Shown: positions 8,031 to 17,476 of the stretch, piece by piece
How the letters are laid out: every line of letters begins with the position of its first letter
How positions within the stretch are numbered: the stretch's first letter is position 1
Made by a program: the position numbers and the translations under genes
Assembly: GCA_016933965.1 (NCBI GenBank)
Contig: JAFGTS010000013.1
Span: 24,063 to 88,062 of the forward strand
Length of the DNA stretch: 64,000 nucleotides
Source: Deltaproteobacteria bacterium
GTDB lineage: Bacteria > Desulfobacterota > Syntrophia > Syntrophales > UBA2210
Direction of reading: 5' to 3'
The notes under the pieces: model-generated
Database searches by the model: none
The model's input: the letters and a program-made list of their open reading frames with translations, nothing else
What the model was told of the DNA's origin: nothing

Positions 8031-9533
8031 TCAGTGCATGGGAATGATCTCGAAATATTCCAGATGGCAATCCTTCTCGGCCTGGATCAGGATTTTTGCG
8101 TTCAGTTTCTTTTCAAGTTTTTCCGTCACGCCCCGCTCATGTTCCAGCAGCATCGACGTGATGTCGGGATGGGCCAGGACCGAGATGGTCTTGGGCGAAC
8201 CGGTCCGTGATTCCCGTTCCAGGGCCCTGAATATTTCGAAACATATCGTTGTTTTCGATTTGATGCTCCCCCTTCCGGAGCAATAAGGACAGGTCTCACA
8301 CATGGTTTCTTGAAGGCTTTTCCCCCGCCGCTGCCGGGTCATCTCGACGAGCCCCAGTTCCGATATCTTCTGGATGCTCGTCTTGCTGCGGTCTTTTTCA
8401 AGCTCCGCTACCAGAGCATTGTAAACGGTTTCACGATTTTCCTCGATCTCCATGTCTATCAGGTCGATGATGATGAGGCCGCCGATGTTCCGCACCCGGA
8501 GCTGATAGGCGATCTCCTTCACCGCCTCCAGGTTTATCTTCAGAATGGTGTCTTCCAGGTCCCGTTTTCCTACGTACTTTCCCGTGTTGACGTCTATGGA
8601 ACAGAGGGCCTCCGTCTGCTCGATGACGATATATCCTCCCGACTTCAGCCAGACCTTCTTCCTGAGGATCTTTTCGATATCGGGCTCGATCCCGAAATGA
8701 TCGAATATCGGTTCCGGTCTTTCGTACAGGTCGAGCCGGTACCGTACGTCAGGCATGAATGCGGCCATGAACTCCTTGATTTTCCTGTATTCCTGCGGCG
8801 AGTCGATGACCATCCGTTCCATGTCCTCGGTGTAGAGGAAGCGTATGGTGCGGAGCGAGACGCCCAGGTCCTTGTGAACCAGTTCAGGTACTCCCGCCGT
8901 TTCCCGCTTGTGCTGGATCGAGTTCCAGAGCCTTACCAGGTATTCGTAGTCGGTCCCAAGTTCCTTTTCTCCCTTGCTCTCGCTTGCCGTCCGCGCAATG
9001 ATGCCGTGATCATCGACGCGGAGCGCGTCGATGATCTCCCGGAGCCGTTTCCGCTCTTCTTCGTCCTTTATTTTCCGGGAAATACCGACATGAGACAGGG
9101 TCGGCATGAGAACGAGATTTCTGCCCGGCAGCGATATGTGAGTGGTAATGCGCGCCCCCTTGGTTGCGAGCGGTTCCTTCGAGACCTGTGCCAGGACCAC
9201 CTGTCCTTCCGTCAATATTTCTTCGATGGGGAGCGCCTCCTCCACGTAATCGGCGTATTCTTCCTCTTCCGTGTCCTCGGCGGCCAGGAACGCCCGGGGA
9301 GAAAGCTCGTTATGTGTGTCGGCCGCGTGAAGGAAAGCCGTTCGTTCCAGGCCGATGTCCACGAACGCGGCCTGCATGCCGGGAAGCACGCGAACAACAC
9401 GTCCCGTGTAAATGTTCCCGGCAATGGAACGTTCGTCGATGCGCTCGATATGAAGGTCCGAGACGGTGCCGTTTTCCAGAACGGCGATCCTCGTCTCATA
9501 ATCGGTGCAGTTAAAGATCATTTCTCTGGCCAT
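8031..9533 (-). CDS. rng: Ribonuclease G (RNase E/G family; S1 domain plus catalytic domain)
   Basis: 500 aa. N-terminal S1 domain (GNIYTGRVVRVLPGMQAAFVDIG). RNase E/G catalytic core including the Zn-link CPxCxGxG (CETCPYCSGRG). Confidence 0.85.
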   Translation of the reverse strand: MAREMIFNCTDYETRIAVLENGTVSDLHIERIDERSIAGNIYTGRVVRVLPGMQAAFVDIGLERTAFLHAADTHNELSPRAFLAAEDTEEEEYADYVEEALPIEEILTEGQVVLAQVSKEPLATKGARITTHISLPGRNLVLMPTLSHVGISRKIKDEEERKRLREIIDALRVDDHGIIARTASESKGEKELGTDYEYLVRLWNSIQHKRETAGVPELVHKDLGVSLRTIRFLYTEDMERMVIDSPQEYRKIKEFMAAFMPDVRYRLDLYERPEPIFDHFGIEPDIEKILRKKVWLKSGGYIVIEQTEALCSIDVNTGKYVGKRDLEDTILKINLEAVKEIAYQLRVRNIGGLIIIDLIDMEIEENRETVYNALVAELEKDRSKTSIQKISELGLVEMTRQRRGKSLQETMCETCPYCSGRGSIKSKTTICFEIFRALERESRTGSPKTISVLAHPDITSMLLEHERGVTEKLEKKLNAKILIQAEKDCHLEYFEIIPMH

Positions 9534-9540
9534 GATTGTT

Positions 9541-12018
9541 TCATCCTGTGTGAAAAAGTGTTCTTGTCCGCACCGTGCGGGCCCGCAGCACCGTTTCGTC
9601 GTCGATCTTCAGTACATGGCTGAGCACGTCCGCCGGTCTGACCCCCCCCCCGCTGTCAATATGCAGCACCATGGTGAGCGTGCCCGTTACCCCGTCAAAG
9701 GTGATATCACCGACGAGGGGACGGATATTTTTCCACTTCTGCCTGCCCTTCCTGGTCCTGGCAAGCACGAAGGTCTCCTCCCGCAGAAAGGAGTCGATCT
9801 TTTCCCCGAAGTCATGGCCCCCGTATTCTCCGGGCAGGGTGATCTTATAGATGAACCCCGTAATGTGCCCGGCCGGTGCATCACTATTTATCGGAATTTC
9901 TTTTATGTCAAGGATTTCGAGCCCCCGGGGGAGGAAGGAATTCAGAAAATCCACCAGGCCGAACGGTTCCGGTGCCCCCTTTTGTATCTCCACATCCATG
10001 TATTCGTCGATACTTTCGATCCCGACCGGCAGGGCCGGGGACATCGATATCCGGGGATGCGGATGAAATCCCTTTGAGAATGAAAAGGCGATCCCGCACC
10101 GCGACATGCCCCGGACAAGGGCAGACGACATCTCAAGATGCGAAAGATAGCGGGCCGGTCCTGTCTTGGCGAAATGAAAGCGGAGTTTCCTGACCGGGCC
10201 CTCCGGCGCCTCCTGTCCCGCCCCCGCCGGCGCGAAGACGGGTTTTTCCTCCGGCGGTGCAAGACGGACCTGCAAGGCGCCGTCGCAGACGCCGCACCGG
10301 GTGCAGGCACCGAAACGGCAGTCCTCCGTTGTTTCCCCTGCCAGCGATTTCCGATATTCCTCGATCAGGAAAGTTTTTTCCACGCCGGCATGAATGTGGT
10401 CCCAGGGCAGTGCTTCATCGGTCGACCGTTGCGCGAGATACCGGGCCGTATCGATGTTACTGTGAAACAGGGCCTCTTCCCACCGTTCGAAGTCAAGCCG
10501 GTCGCCCCAGCCGTCGAAACGACAGCCCAGTGCCCGGGCGGCGGTGATAAGCTCCCCTGTTTCTGCTCCGCCGCGGGAAAGGATTCCCTCGAGAAGACTC
10601 ATCCGCCGGTCATGCCACTTAAGGGTCAGGTTCCGGTGGCGGAGATGTTTTTTGAGAAACTCCTGACGTTCTTTGATCTCTTCCTGTTCTATCTGCCGGC
10701 ACCACTGAAAGGGCGTGTGCGGTTTCGGGATAAAAGTGGATATGCTCACCGTGACGTTCCGCCGGTTATCACCTTCCCGAAGCACCTTGTAGGCAAGGTC
10801 GACGATCCCGTCCAGGTCCGCCGCGGTTTCGCCGGGAAGCCCGATCATGAAATAGAGCTTGATCGATCTCCATCCGGCGGAGAAGACCCGTCGTGCCGTC
10901 GTAAGGAGGTCCGCTTCCGAATTTCCCTTATTGATGACGTTGCGCAATCTCTGGGTGCCCGCTTCGGGGGCCAGGGTGAAACTGGTCTTCCGCACGCGCT
11001 TTATCTGATCGATCAGCCGTTCCGTCAGTGTTTCAGTGCGAAGCGAGGGAAGCGCCAGGGCGATCCGCCTGTCATAATACCGGTCCATGAGAGATTCCAG
11101 CAGTTGTTCGATGCGGGAGTAGTCGCCCGAACTGAGTGACAGCAGGGATATCTCGTCGCAACCCGTCGCCGACAGCATGGTGTCGGCCATGTCCATGAGA
11201 AGTTCGGGTGAACGCTCCCTGACGGGGCGCCAGACCATCCCGGCCTGGCAGAACCGGCATCCCCTGGTGCATCCCCTGGCTATTTCAACCGTCGCCCTGT
11301 CGTGGACAGTCCTGATCAGGGGGATCAACGGTCTCAGCGGGTACCGCCATCGGTCGAGATCGGTCACGGTTCGCTTTCTGATGATATCGCCCGGCCGGTG
11401 GAGCGAAGGAACGTAGACCCCCTGAAGTCCGGCGAGAAGTTCAAGGACATGCCGCCTGCCGGACCCGAGTTTCCCGGCCCGGGCAACGGCGCGGGATATT
11501 TCGATGACCACTTCTTCGCCTTCACCGATGACCAGCGCGTCGAAGAAGGGGGACATGGGTTCCGGATTGAACGTGCAGGGGCCTCCGGCGATGACGATGG
11601 GGTCCCCCTCGCGACGCTCCTCCGCCCGAAGGGGAACGCGACCGAGTTCCAGCATGTTCAGCACGTTGGTGTATGAAAGTTCATACTGCAGGGAGAAACC
11701 CACGATGTCGAAGCGGTTGAGCGCCGTGCCCGATTCCAGCGAGGACAGGGGGTACCCGCTTTCTCTCATGCGGGATTCCATGTCCTCCCAGGGAGCGAAG
11801 ACCCGTTCGGCGCAGATATCAGGTTCGTCGTTGAGGAGGCCGTACAGTATCTGGAGACCCGTGTGGGACATTCCGATTTCGTACGTATCGGGGAAGGCGA
11901 GAGCAAAGCTCACGGCACAGCGGGAACGATCCTTTACGACCGAATTGACCTCACCGCCGATATACCGGCCCGGCTTCTGTACGAAGGGGAGAAGTTCTTC
12001 AAGTTCTTTCTGCGTCAT
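9541..12018 (-). CDS. Radical SAM protein (TIGR03960-type, B12-binding-like N-terminus) fused to a DUF2344/TIGR03936 domain
   Basis: 825 aa. CxxxCxxC radical SAM motif (ARGCTRGCRFCQAG). The two-part architecture is commonly found next to rne/rng. Confidence 0.7.
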   Translation of the reverse strand: MTQKELEELLPFVQKPGRYIGGEVNSVVKDRSRCAVSFALAFPDTYEIGMSHTGLQILYGLLNDEPDICAERVFAPWEDMESRMRESGYPLSSLESGTALNRFDIVGFSLQYELSYTNVLNMLELGRVPLRAEERREGDPIVIAGGPCTFNPEPMSPFFDALVIGEGEEVVIEISRAVARAGKLGSGRRHVLELLAGLQGVYVPSLHRPGDIIRKRTVTDLDRWRYPLRPLIPLIRTVHDRATVEIARGCTRGCRFCQAGMVWRPVRERSPELLMDMADTMLSATGCDEISLLSLSSGDYSRIEQLLESLMDRYYDRRIALALPSLRTETLTERLIDQIKRVRKTSFTLAPEAGTQRLRNVINKGNSEADLLTTARRVFSAGWRSIKLYFMIGLPGETAADLDGIVDLAYKVLREGDNRRNVTVSISTFIPKPHTPFQWCRQIEQEEIKERQEFLKKHLRHRNLTLKWHDRRMSLLEGILSRGGAETGELITAARALGCRFDGWGDRLDFERWEEALFHSNIDTARYLAQRSTDEALPWDHIHAGVEKTFLIEEYRKSLAGETTEDCRFGACTRCGVCDGALQVRLAPPEEKPVFAPAGAGQEAPEGPVRKLRFHFAKTGPARYLSHLEMSSALVRGMSRCGIAFSFSKGFHPHPRISMSPALPVGIESIDEYMDVEIQKGAPEPFGLVDFLNSFLPRGLEILDIKEIPINSDAPAGHITGFIYKITLPGEYGGHDFGEKIDSFLREETFVLARTRKGRQKWKNIRPLVGDITFDGVTGTLTMVLHIDSGGGVRPADVLSHVLKIDDETVLRARTVRTRTLFHTG

Positions 12019-12944
12019 GAACGATTCAGGGTGTTAAAAGCGGCCCTGGAGACCGCGGCGGACCGCCGCAGGGCGGTCAGTTCCTCTTCGGCAAGGGGTA
12101 TTTCGCAGATCTTTTCCACGCCCGATGCTCCCAGAATAACGGGCACGCCAATATAAGTCTGGTCGATGCCGTATTCACCCTGGACAAATGCCGAAACAGG
12201 GACCAGCCTCTTGCTGTCCGCGAGGATCGCTTCGACCATGACGGTCGTCGATGCCGACGGTGCGTGCCAGGCGCTTCCCGTTTTAAGAAGATTGACGATC
12301 TCGGCGCCGCCCTGACGGGTCCGCTCGATTATTTCTTCACGGCGTTCTTTTTTGATAAAGTGATCGATCGGTATTCCCTTGACGGTGGTGCAGCTTTCAA
12401 CAGGAACCATCGAGTCACCGTGACTGCCGAGCACCAGTGCGTTCACATCCTTTATCGACACGCCCAGTTCGCGGGCGAGAAAGGCCGTGTACCGCGCCGT
12501 ATCAAGGACCCCGCCCATACCCATGACCCGGGCCGCCGGAAACCCGGATCTGACCAGCGCGAGGTGGGTCATGACATCGAGAGGGTTCGTGACCATGATG
12601 ATGATACTCTGCGGTGCATATGTCCTGATGTTGTCCACGACGGACGTTACGACGGCGCCGTTTTTCGCGGCCAGGTCATCCCGGGACATTCCGGGCGTTC
12701 TCGGAAACCCCGCGGTAACAACGACGATCCGTGAACCTGCCATCAGGGCGGGATCATTCGTTCCCGTCACGACACAGTCGAATCCTTCAAGCGACGCCGA
12801 TTGGATAATATCCAGAGCCTTGCCCTGGGGGATTCCCTCGACAATATCCAGCAGGACGCAGTCGGCGAGCCTCTTTTCCGCAATTCGCTGTGCGACCATT
12901 GTTCCCACGAACCCTGATCCGACGACGGTGACCTTTTCTCTCAT
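12015..12944 (-). CDS. mdh: Malate dehydrogenase (LDH-like MDH family)
   Basis: 309 aa. KVTVVGSGFVGTMVAQRIA NAD-binding motif. LDH/MDH core including the DSMVPV region. Confidence 0.85.
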   Translation of the reverse strand: MREKVTVVGSGFVGTMVAQRIAEKRLADCVLLDIVEGIPQGKALDIIQSASLEGFDCVVTGTNDPALMAGSRIVVVTAGFPRTPGMSRDDLAAKNGAVVTSVVDNIRTYAPQSIIIMVTNPLDVMTHLALVRSGFPAARVMGMGGVLDTARYTAFLARELGVSIKDVNALVLGSHGDSMVPVESCTTVKGIPIDHFIKKERREEIIERTRQGGAEIVNLLKTGSAWHAPSASTTVMVEAILADSKRLVPVSAFVQGEYGIDQTYIGVPVILGASGVEKICEIPLAEEELTALRRSAAVSRAAFNTLNRS

Positions 12945-13043
12945 GAACCCTCCGCTCTCAGAGACGCATCATTTTTTTAATAATGTTAAACCATAGCATA
13001 AATGGCATTGTGTGAAAAGCGCCGTCCGGCTCGGGGCGGTTTC

Positions 13044-13433
13044 TCATCGTCGGGACAGGATGTGCCGGTATTTATAGAAGTGCTGCTCGATGTCGCGCAG
13101 CTTGGAAAGCACGAAACGGGACGGAAAGGAAGGCTTCGCGATATAGGGGAGAGAGTCTCTTTTGAAATCGGCCAGGAGCTGTGTGAAAACGGCGTCTTTT
13201 TCATCCCTGTCGACAAAGGTTCGTTCCTTTCCATATTCGTAGGTGATCTCCTGTCCAAACACCCGCCGCACCTTGTCGTACTGCGCGGGGTCACTGAAAT
13301 ATTCAGGCCTGACGGGTACGGTAACGGAGACCCGCAGTTCGACCTTGGTCGTATCGACGGCGATCCGCCGGGAACGGTCCCAGACCTGCAGGGTCAATGA
13401 GTTCGGCAGGGATATTTCCTCGATGAGATTCAT
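13044..13433 (-). CDS. Hypothetical protein, 129 aa
   Basis: ORF with coding-like composition between mdh and purU. No recognisable motif. Confidence 0.35.
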   Translation of the reverse strand: MNLIEEISLPNSLTLQVWDRSRRIAVDTTKVELRVSVTVPVRPEYFSDPAQYDKVRRVFGQEITYEYGKERTFVDRDEKDAVFTQLLADFKRDSLPYIAKPSFPSRFVLSKLRDIEQHFYKYRHILSRR

Positions 13434-13548
13434 GGCGTCATTCAGCGGTTTTCACAACGTTATCTTTTCTGTCTCAGCTTATTGCTTGACTTTCGATGCT
13501 CGTGATATATAACCCTCCGGTAATAACGCGGTGCGAGGACCGACAGGC

Positions 13549-14406
13549 ATGGAAAAAGAAAATGCGATTCTCCTGCTCTCATGCCCCGATCGAAAGGGTA
13601 TCGTGGCATCCATATCCAATTTTATTTTTAAAAACAACGGAAATATTATACGCGCCCAACAGCACTCACCGCAGGGGGAGAACATGCTCTTCATGCGGAT
13701 CGAATGGGACCTCGACGGGTTTCACATTCCCCGTGAAGAGATAAACAGCGCCTTCAAGCCCCTGGCGGACGAATTCCAGATGGACTGGGAGGTCCGCTTC
13801 TCCGATTATATTCCCCGGATCGCCATCTTCGTGTCGAAGCACGTTCACTGTTTTCACGACATCATTCTGCGGCATCGCATGGGGGAATTCACGGCGGAGA
13901 TTCCCCTGGTCATCAGCAATCATCTCGAGCTGAAGGCACTGGCGGAGCAACTGGGGCTGACGTTCCGCCACTGCCCGATAACACAGGACAACAAGGCCGA
14001 ACAGGAAAAGAAAGAGATCCGGGAACTGGAACGTCACCGGATCGACTTGGTCGTCCTTGCCCGTTATATGCAGGTCCTGACGGCCGACTTTGTGAACCGG
14101 TATCAGAACCGGATCATCAACATTCACCATTCCTTCCTGCCGGCCTTCGCCGGGCGCGAACCGTACCGGCAGGCCTATGAACGAGGCGTCAAGATCATCG
14201 GCGCCACAAGTCATTATGTGACGGAAAAACTCGATGAGGGACCGATCATCGCACAGGACGTGATAAAGATCACCCACAAGGATACCCCGGACGACATGAT
14301 GCTGAAAGGTAAAGACCTGGAACGCATCGTGCTGGCCAGAGCGCTGAGGCTCCATCTGGATAACCGGATCCTTGTGTACGGAAAGAAAACGATCATTTTC
14401 GAATAA
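13549..14406 (+). CDS. purU: Formyltetrahydrofolate deformylase (ACT domain plus formyltransferase domain). Start taken at MEKEN.
   Basis: N-terminal ACT-like LLLSCPDRKGIVASISNFI. Formyl-transferase motifs (INIHHSFLPAF, GATSHYVTEKLDEGPIIAQ). Confidence 0.85.
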   Translation: MEKENAILLLSCPDRKGIVASISNFIFKNNGNIIRAQQHSPQGENMLFMRIEWDLDGFHIPREEINSAFKPLADEFQMDWEVRFSDYIPRIAIFVSKHVHCFHDIILRHRMGEFTAEIPLVISNHLELKALAEQLGLTFRHCPITQDNKAEQEKKEIRELERHRIDLVVLARYMQVLTADFVNRYQNRIINIHHSFLPAFAGREPYRQAYERGVKIIGATSHYVTEKLDEGPIIAQDVIKITHKDTPDDMMLKGKDLERIVLARALRLHLDNRILVYGKKTIIFE

Positions 14407-14576
14407 CCTCTGCGTCGTCGGGCCGAGTGGCTCGCAGGCCCGTTTCCCCGTTCTTTCAAGCCGGCAGCCGGTAGTGCTCCGTCCGGGGGCATCCGCCCGG
14501 ACCATTCACTCCGCTCTGGTTTTCTCCGGTGGGAGGAGGTACAATAGCGCATCTGCCGGGGGGATCGAGGGGGGTA

Positions 14577-15431
14577 ATGAAAAAGAGAAATCTTTATACT
14601 TCCACCGATATTGAACATTCCTACCGCAGGATCGGGGAGCACAAGCGTTCACGGCATATCATCCTGAGGCATTCATACAACCCCGCCGATGTGAGGAGCG
14701 TCGCCCTTGAGGGACTTCCTCTGAAAAGAATGCGAACGGTCCTCGATCTGGGGTGCGGGTATGGGTACTTTACGGAACATCTCGGCGGGCTGCTTGCCGG
14801 TGATCCCCATATCGTCGGCATCGACCTGGTCGAGAGCAACCGGGAAGCATTTCTCGAAACCCTTGATTCCATCGGCTGCCGGGGTGAATTCCATGCGGGA
14901 AATTCTGAGAGTATCAGAAACATGGAAAGCGCCCGGTTCGATCTCGTCATAGCCAGTTACTCACTGTACTTCTTTCCCCACCTGATCGGGGAAATAGCCA
15001 GGATCACGAAGCCGGGAGGGATCTTCGTGGCCATCACCCACAGCCGTCATTCCCTGAAGGAAATAATGAAGTTCATCCCGGACTGCATGGAGCGGGCCGG
15101 TATCGAGCGGCCGGATGAGATGGCGATCAACCGTCTTTTTGACGCTTTTTCTCTTGAAAACGGTGAATCGTTGCTCAGACCCCACTTCAAGCAGGTGGAG
15201 ATGCTTCCCTTTCCCAACTATCTGACCTTTTCCCCCTCGGAGATCGATTCCTTCATCGAATATCTCCGGGGGAAGGAATTTCTCATTATGAAAGATGTTC
15301 TTGACAGGTTTCCGGGGAAGATCGACGAGGTGAGAAACTGTTTTTATAAAAAGATCCTTGAAAAGTCTCTTCAGGACAGCGGGATCAGGGTAACGAAGGA
15401 CGACGGGATATTTCGATGTTACCGGCATTGA
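14577..15431 (+). CDS. Class I SAM-dependent methyltransferase. Start taken at MKKRN.
   Basis: Motif I VLDLGCGYGYF. Rossmann MTase pattern (…DLVIASYSLYF…, …KPGGIFV…). Confidence 0.65.
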   Translation: MKKRNLYTSTDIEHSYRRIGEHKRSRHIILRHSYNPADVRSVALEGLPLKRMRTVLDLGCGYGYFTEHLGGLLAGDPHIVGIDLVESNREAFLETLDSIGCRGEFHAGNSESIRNMESARFDLVIASYSLYFFPHLIGEIARITKPGGIFVAITHSRHSLKEIMKFIPDCMERAGIERPDEMAINRLFDAFSLENGESLLRPHFKQVEMLPFPNYLTFSPSEIDSFIEYLRGKEFLIMKDVLDRFPGKIDEVRNCFYKKILEKSLQDSGIRVTKDDGIFRCYRH

Positions 15432-15450
15432 CCGTTGCAGAGGGTGGCGC

Positions 15451-16458
15451 ATGAAACAGCTGAAGAAGTACTGTTCCTATTGCGGGAAAAAACTTGTCAG
15501 GCTTCCCGTTGAAGGGAAGCATCGCGATTACTGCATCGATTGCGACAGTGTGTTCTACGAGAATCCCCTGCCGGTGGCGTGCAGCCTGGTGGTCAATGAT
15601 GACCGTGAAGTGCTGCTGGTGAAGCGCAAAAAAGAGCCTTACCGCGGCATGTGGTGTCTTCCCATGGGATTTGCCGAGACGGGGGAGGGGATCCGGGATG
15701 CCGCTCTCAGGGAACTGAAGGAAGAGGCGGGCCTGAAGGGGGATGTCATCCGTCTCATCGATGTAGATACCGTGGATAACTATTTCTATGGTCCCCTGGC
15801 CATTGTCACCTATGAGGTGCGGAAGACGGGCGGGAAGCTCCGCCCCGGCGACGATGCCGAGGAAGCATCCTACTTTCCCGTGACGGACCTTCCGAAACTG
15901 GCCTGGACGTCCAATGAAAAGGCCGTGGACATCTATGTCGGATTGTACCGGGACACCTGGGCAATGATAGATTCGTTCCGTCGCCTCTTTCCCGAAATGA
16001 GCATTCTTGAAGACCTCAACTCACAGGATGCGAAGCAGGCCGTTCTTCTTTCCAATGTCCTCGTCCAGGTACTGCACCGCGACCGTGAGGAGATATCCCG
16101 CCGATGGCTGGAGGACATGCAAAGCATCCGGCCGAATCTCGGCCCGCGCCTGAAACCCCTGAAGGAGTTGAACCGTCGGATACTTTCATCGGCGAGGCTG
16201 TGGCTCAAGGGCGGTGACGACGCCGTTGACTTCATGGAATATGCCGACAGGGGGCCCATCCTGAGGGGAAAGCACGTCGCTCTGTCCGACATTCTCACAG
16301 CGACCGCCCTGAGCAGAAAGGCGATCTGGACGCACGTGGTCGGGAAAAAGATACTCAACACGCCGCTGGAAATTTATGCGGCCCTGGAATTGAACAACCG
16401 GATCATATTTTTCTATGACAAGATAAACTACTACCTGACCCTTCATTACAGTGAATGA
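15451..16458 (+). CDS. NUDIX hydrolase with N-terminal zinc ribbon (NudC-like) and a roughly 170-aa C-terminal domain of unknown function
   Basis: CSYCGKK...CIDCDS zinc ribbon. Nudix box GMWCLPMGFAETGEGIRDAALRELKEEAGL. The C-terminal half has no recognisable motif. Confidence 0.7.
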   Translation: MKQLKKYCSYCGKKLVRLPVEGKHRDYCIDCDSVFYENPLPVACSLVVNDDREVLLVKRKKEPYRGMWCLPMGFAETGEGIRDAALRELKEEAGLKGDVIRLIDVDTVDNYFYGPLAIVTYEVRKTGGKLRPGDDAEEASYFPVTDLPKLAWTSNEKAVDIYVGLYRDTWAMIDSFRRLFPEMSILEDLNSQDAKQAVLLSNVLVQVLHRDREEISRRWLEDMQSIRPNLGPRLKPLKELNRRILSSARLWLKGGDDAVDFMEYADRGPILRGKHVALSDILTATALSRKAIWTHVVGKKILNTPLEIYAALELNNRIIFFYDKINYYLTLHYSE

Positions 16459-16501
16459 CCGTGCCGGGAGCGCATCCGCGCGTCGCCGGCGAAAGCGCCG
16501 G

Positions 16502-17350
16502 TCATGCCGGCGAAACGGTCCCGTGGCGTCTCAGGAGGGCCATGCCGTTTTCCCTGAATATCCGTTCATAACACTCCCCGGACAGGTTGAAGCTCAGTAG
16601 GCAGTCGATCTCGTCTTCCCGGGGATAGATGAGGTTCGGGAAGTCGGAACCGTAGACGATCCGGTCCTTGTAGCGCTCGATGAGTTCCGGCGGCTGATCG
16701 AACATGAAGGGAGATTCAGGCAGAAAGGCCCAGGCGGTGTCGAGGATGATGTCGGGATACTCATCGAGCAGGTCGATGAATTCCCGGTATTCCAGACTTC
16801 CCATATGGGCGATCGTAGCCGGCAGCCGCGGGAAGCGGAGCAGAAGCTTTCTGAAATTATCGATACCCACGTAGGGATTTCCCACCGGACCCGTTCCCGC
16901 GTGAAAGAGGATCCGCTTGTCGGCGTCAATGACCTGCTCGTAGAGGGGAAACAGCCGCTCATCGAGAGGATGGAATTCCTGTACCAGGAGCTGGAGCTTG
17001 AAACCGAGCACCCGCGGATGTTCCAGGAGAGATGCGACCATTGACCGATTATCCCGGTCGTCGGGATGATAGGCCGCAAAGCAGAAGAGCCGGGGGAATT
17101 CTTCCAGCACGCTCAGGTTCCATTCATTGAGGCCGCGGGCGACACCGGGACGGTGGGCGTAATTCGAATAGGCGATATACTCGACATTGCGTTCGTGCAG
17201 GTATTCTATGCATTCCCGGTAATAAAGCCGGTGGATGATAGGTATTCCATAGTCCGATTCGAAGAAGTGCCATATGGCGTCAAAAAGCCTGTCGGGAAAG
17301 AGATGAACGTGAAAATCAACAATACCGGCGGGAATACCCTCCATGATCAC
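16502..17350 (-). CDS. Amidohydrolase-2 family metal-dependent hydrolase (TIM barrel)
   Basis: 282 aa. N-terminal VDFHVHLFP metal-binding HxH motif typical of amidohydrolase_2. Confidence 0.6.
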   Translation of the reverse strand: MIMEGIPAGIVDFHVHLFPDRLFDAIWHFFESDYGIPIIHRLYYRECIEYLHERNVEYIAYSNYAHRPGVARGLNEWNLSVLEEFPRLFCFAAYHPDDRDNRSMVASLLEHPRVLGFKLQLLVQEFHPLDERLFPLYEQVIDADKRILFHAGTGPVGNPYVGIDNFRKLLLRFPRLPATIAHMGSLEYREFIDLLDEYPDIILDTAWAFLPESPFMFDQPPELIERYKDRIVYGSDFPNLIYPREDEIDCLLSFNLSGECYERIFRENGMALLRRHGTVSPA

Positions 17351-17423
17351 CCCTGAAATGCTGGTCTGTGAAGCGAGGGAACCATAGCAGGTTCGCTGGG
17401 GTTTCGCAATTCGTTATTCGTAC

Positions 17424-17460
17424 AAAAAAAAAGGCCCGAACAGGAACGGGCCTTTTTTTT
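17424..17460. terminator. Bidirectional rho-independent terminator. A GC hairpin is flanked by an A-run and a T-run.
   Basis: aaaaaaaaa-GGCCCG-aacaggaa-CGGGCC-tttttttt. Lies just downstream of the acyl-CoA ligase gene (minus strand) and upstream of the amidohydrolase gene. Confidence 0.75.
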
Positions 17461-17476
17461 CGTACGTGCGGGTGTT

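Noticed and set aside
9164-11139. Several plus-strand ORFs of 100-330 aa inside rng and the radical SAM gene
   Set aside because: They are antisense shadow ORFs typical of high-GC DNA. Their translations are Arg/Pro-rich and low-complexity.
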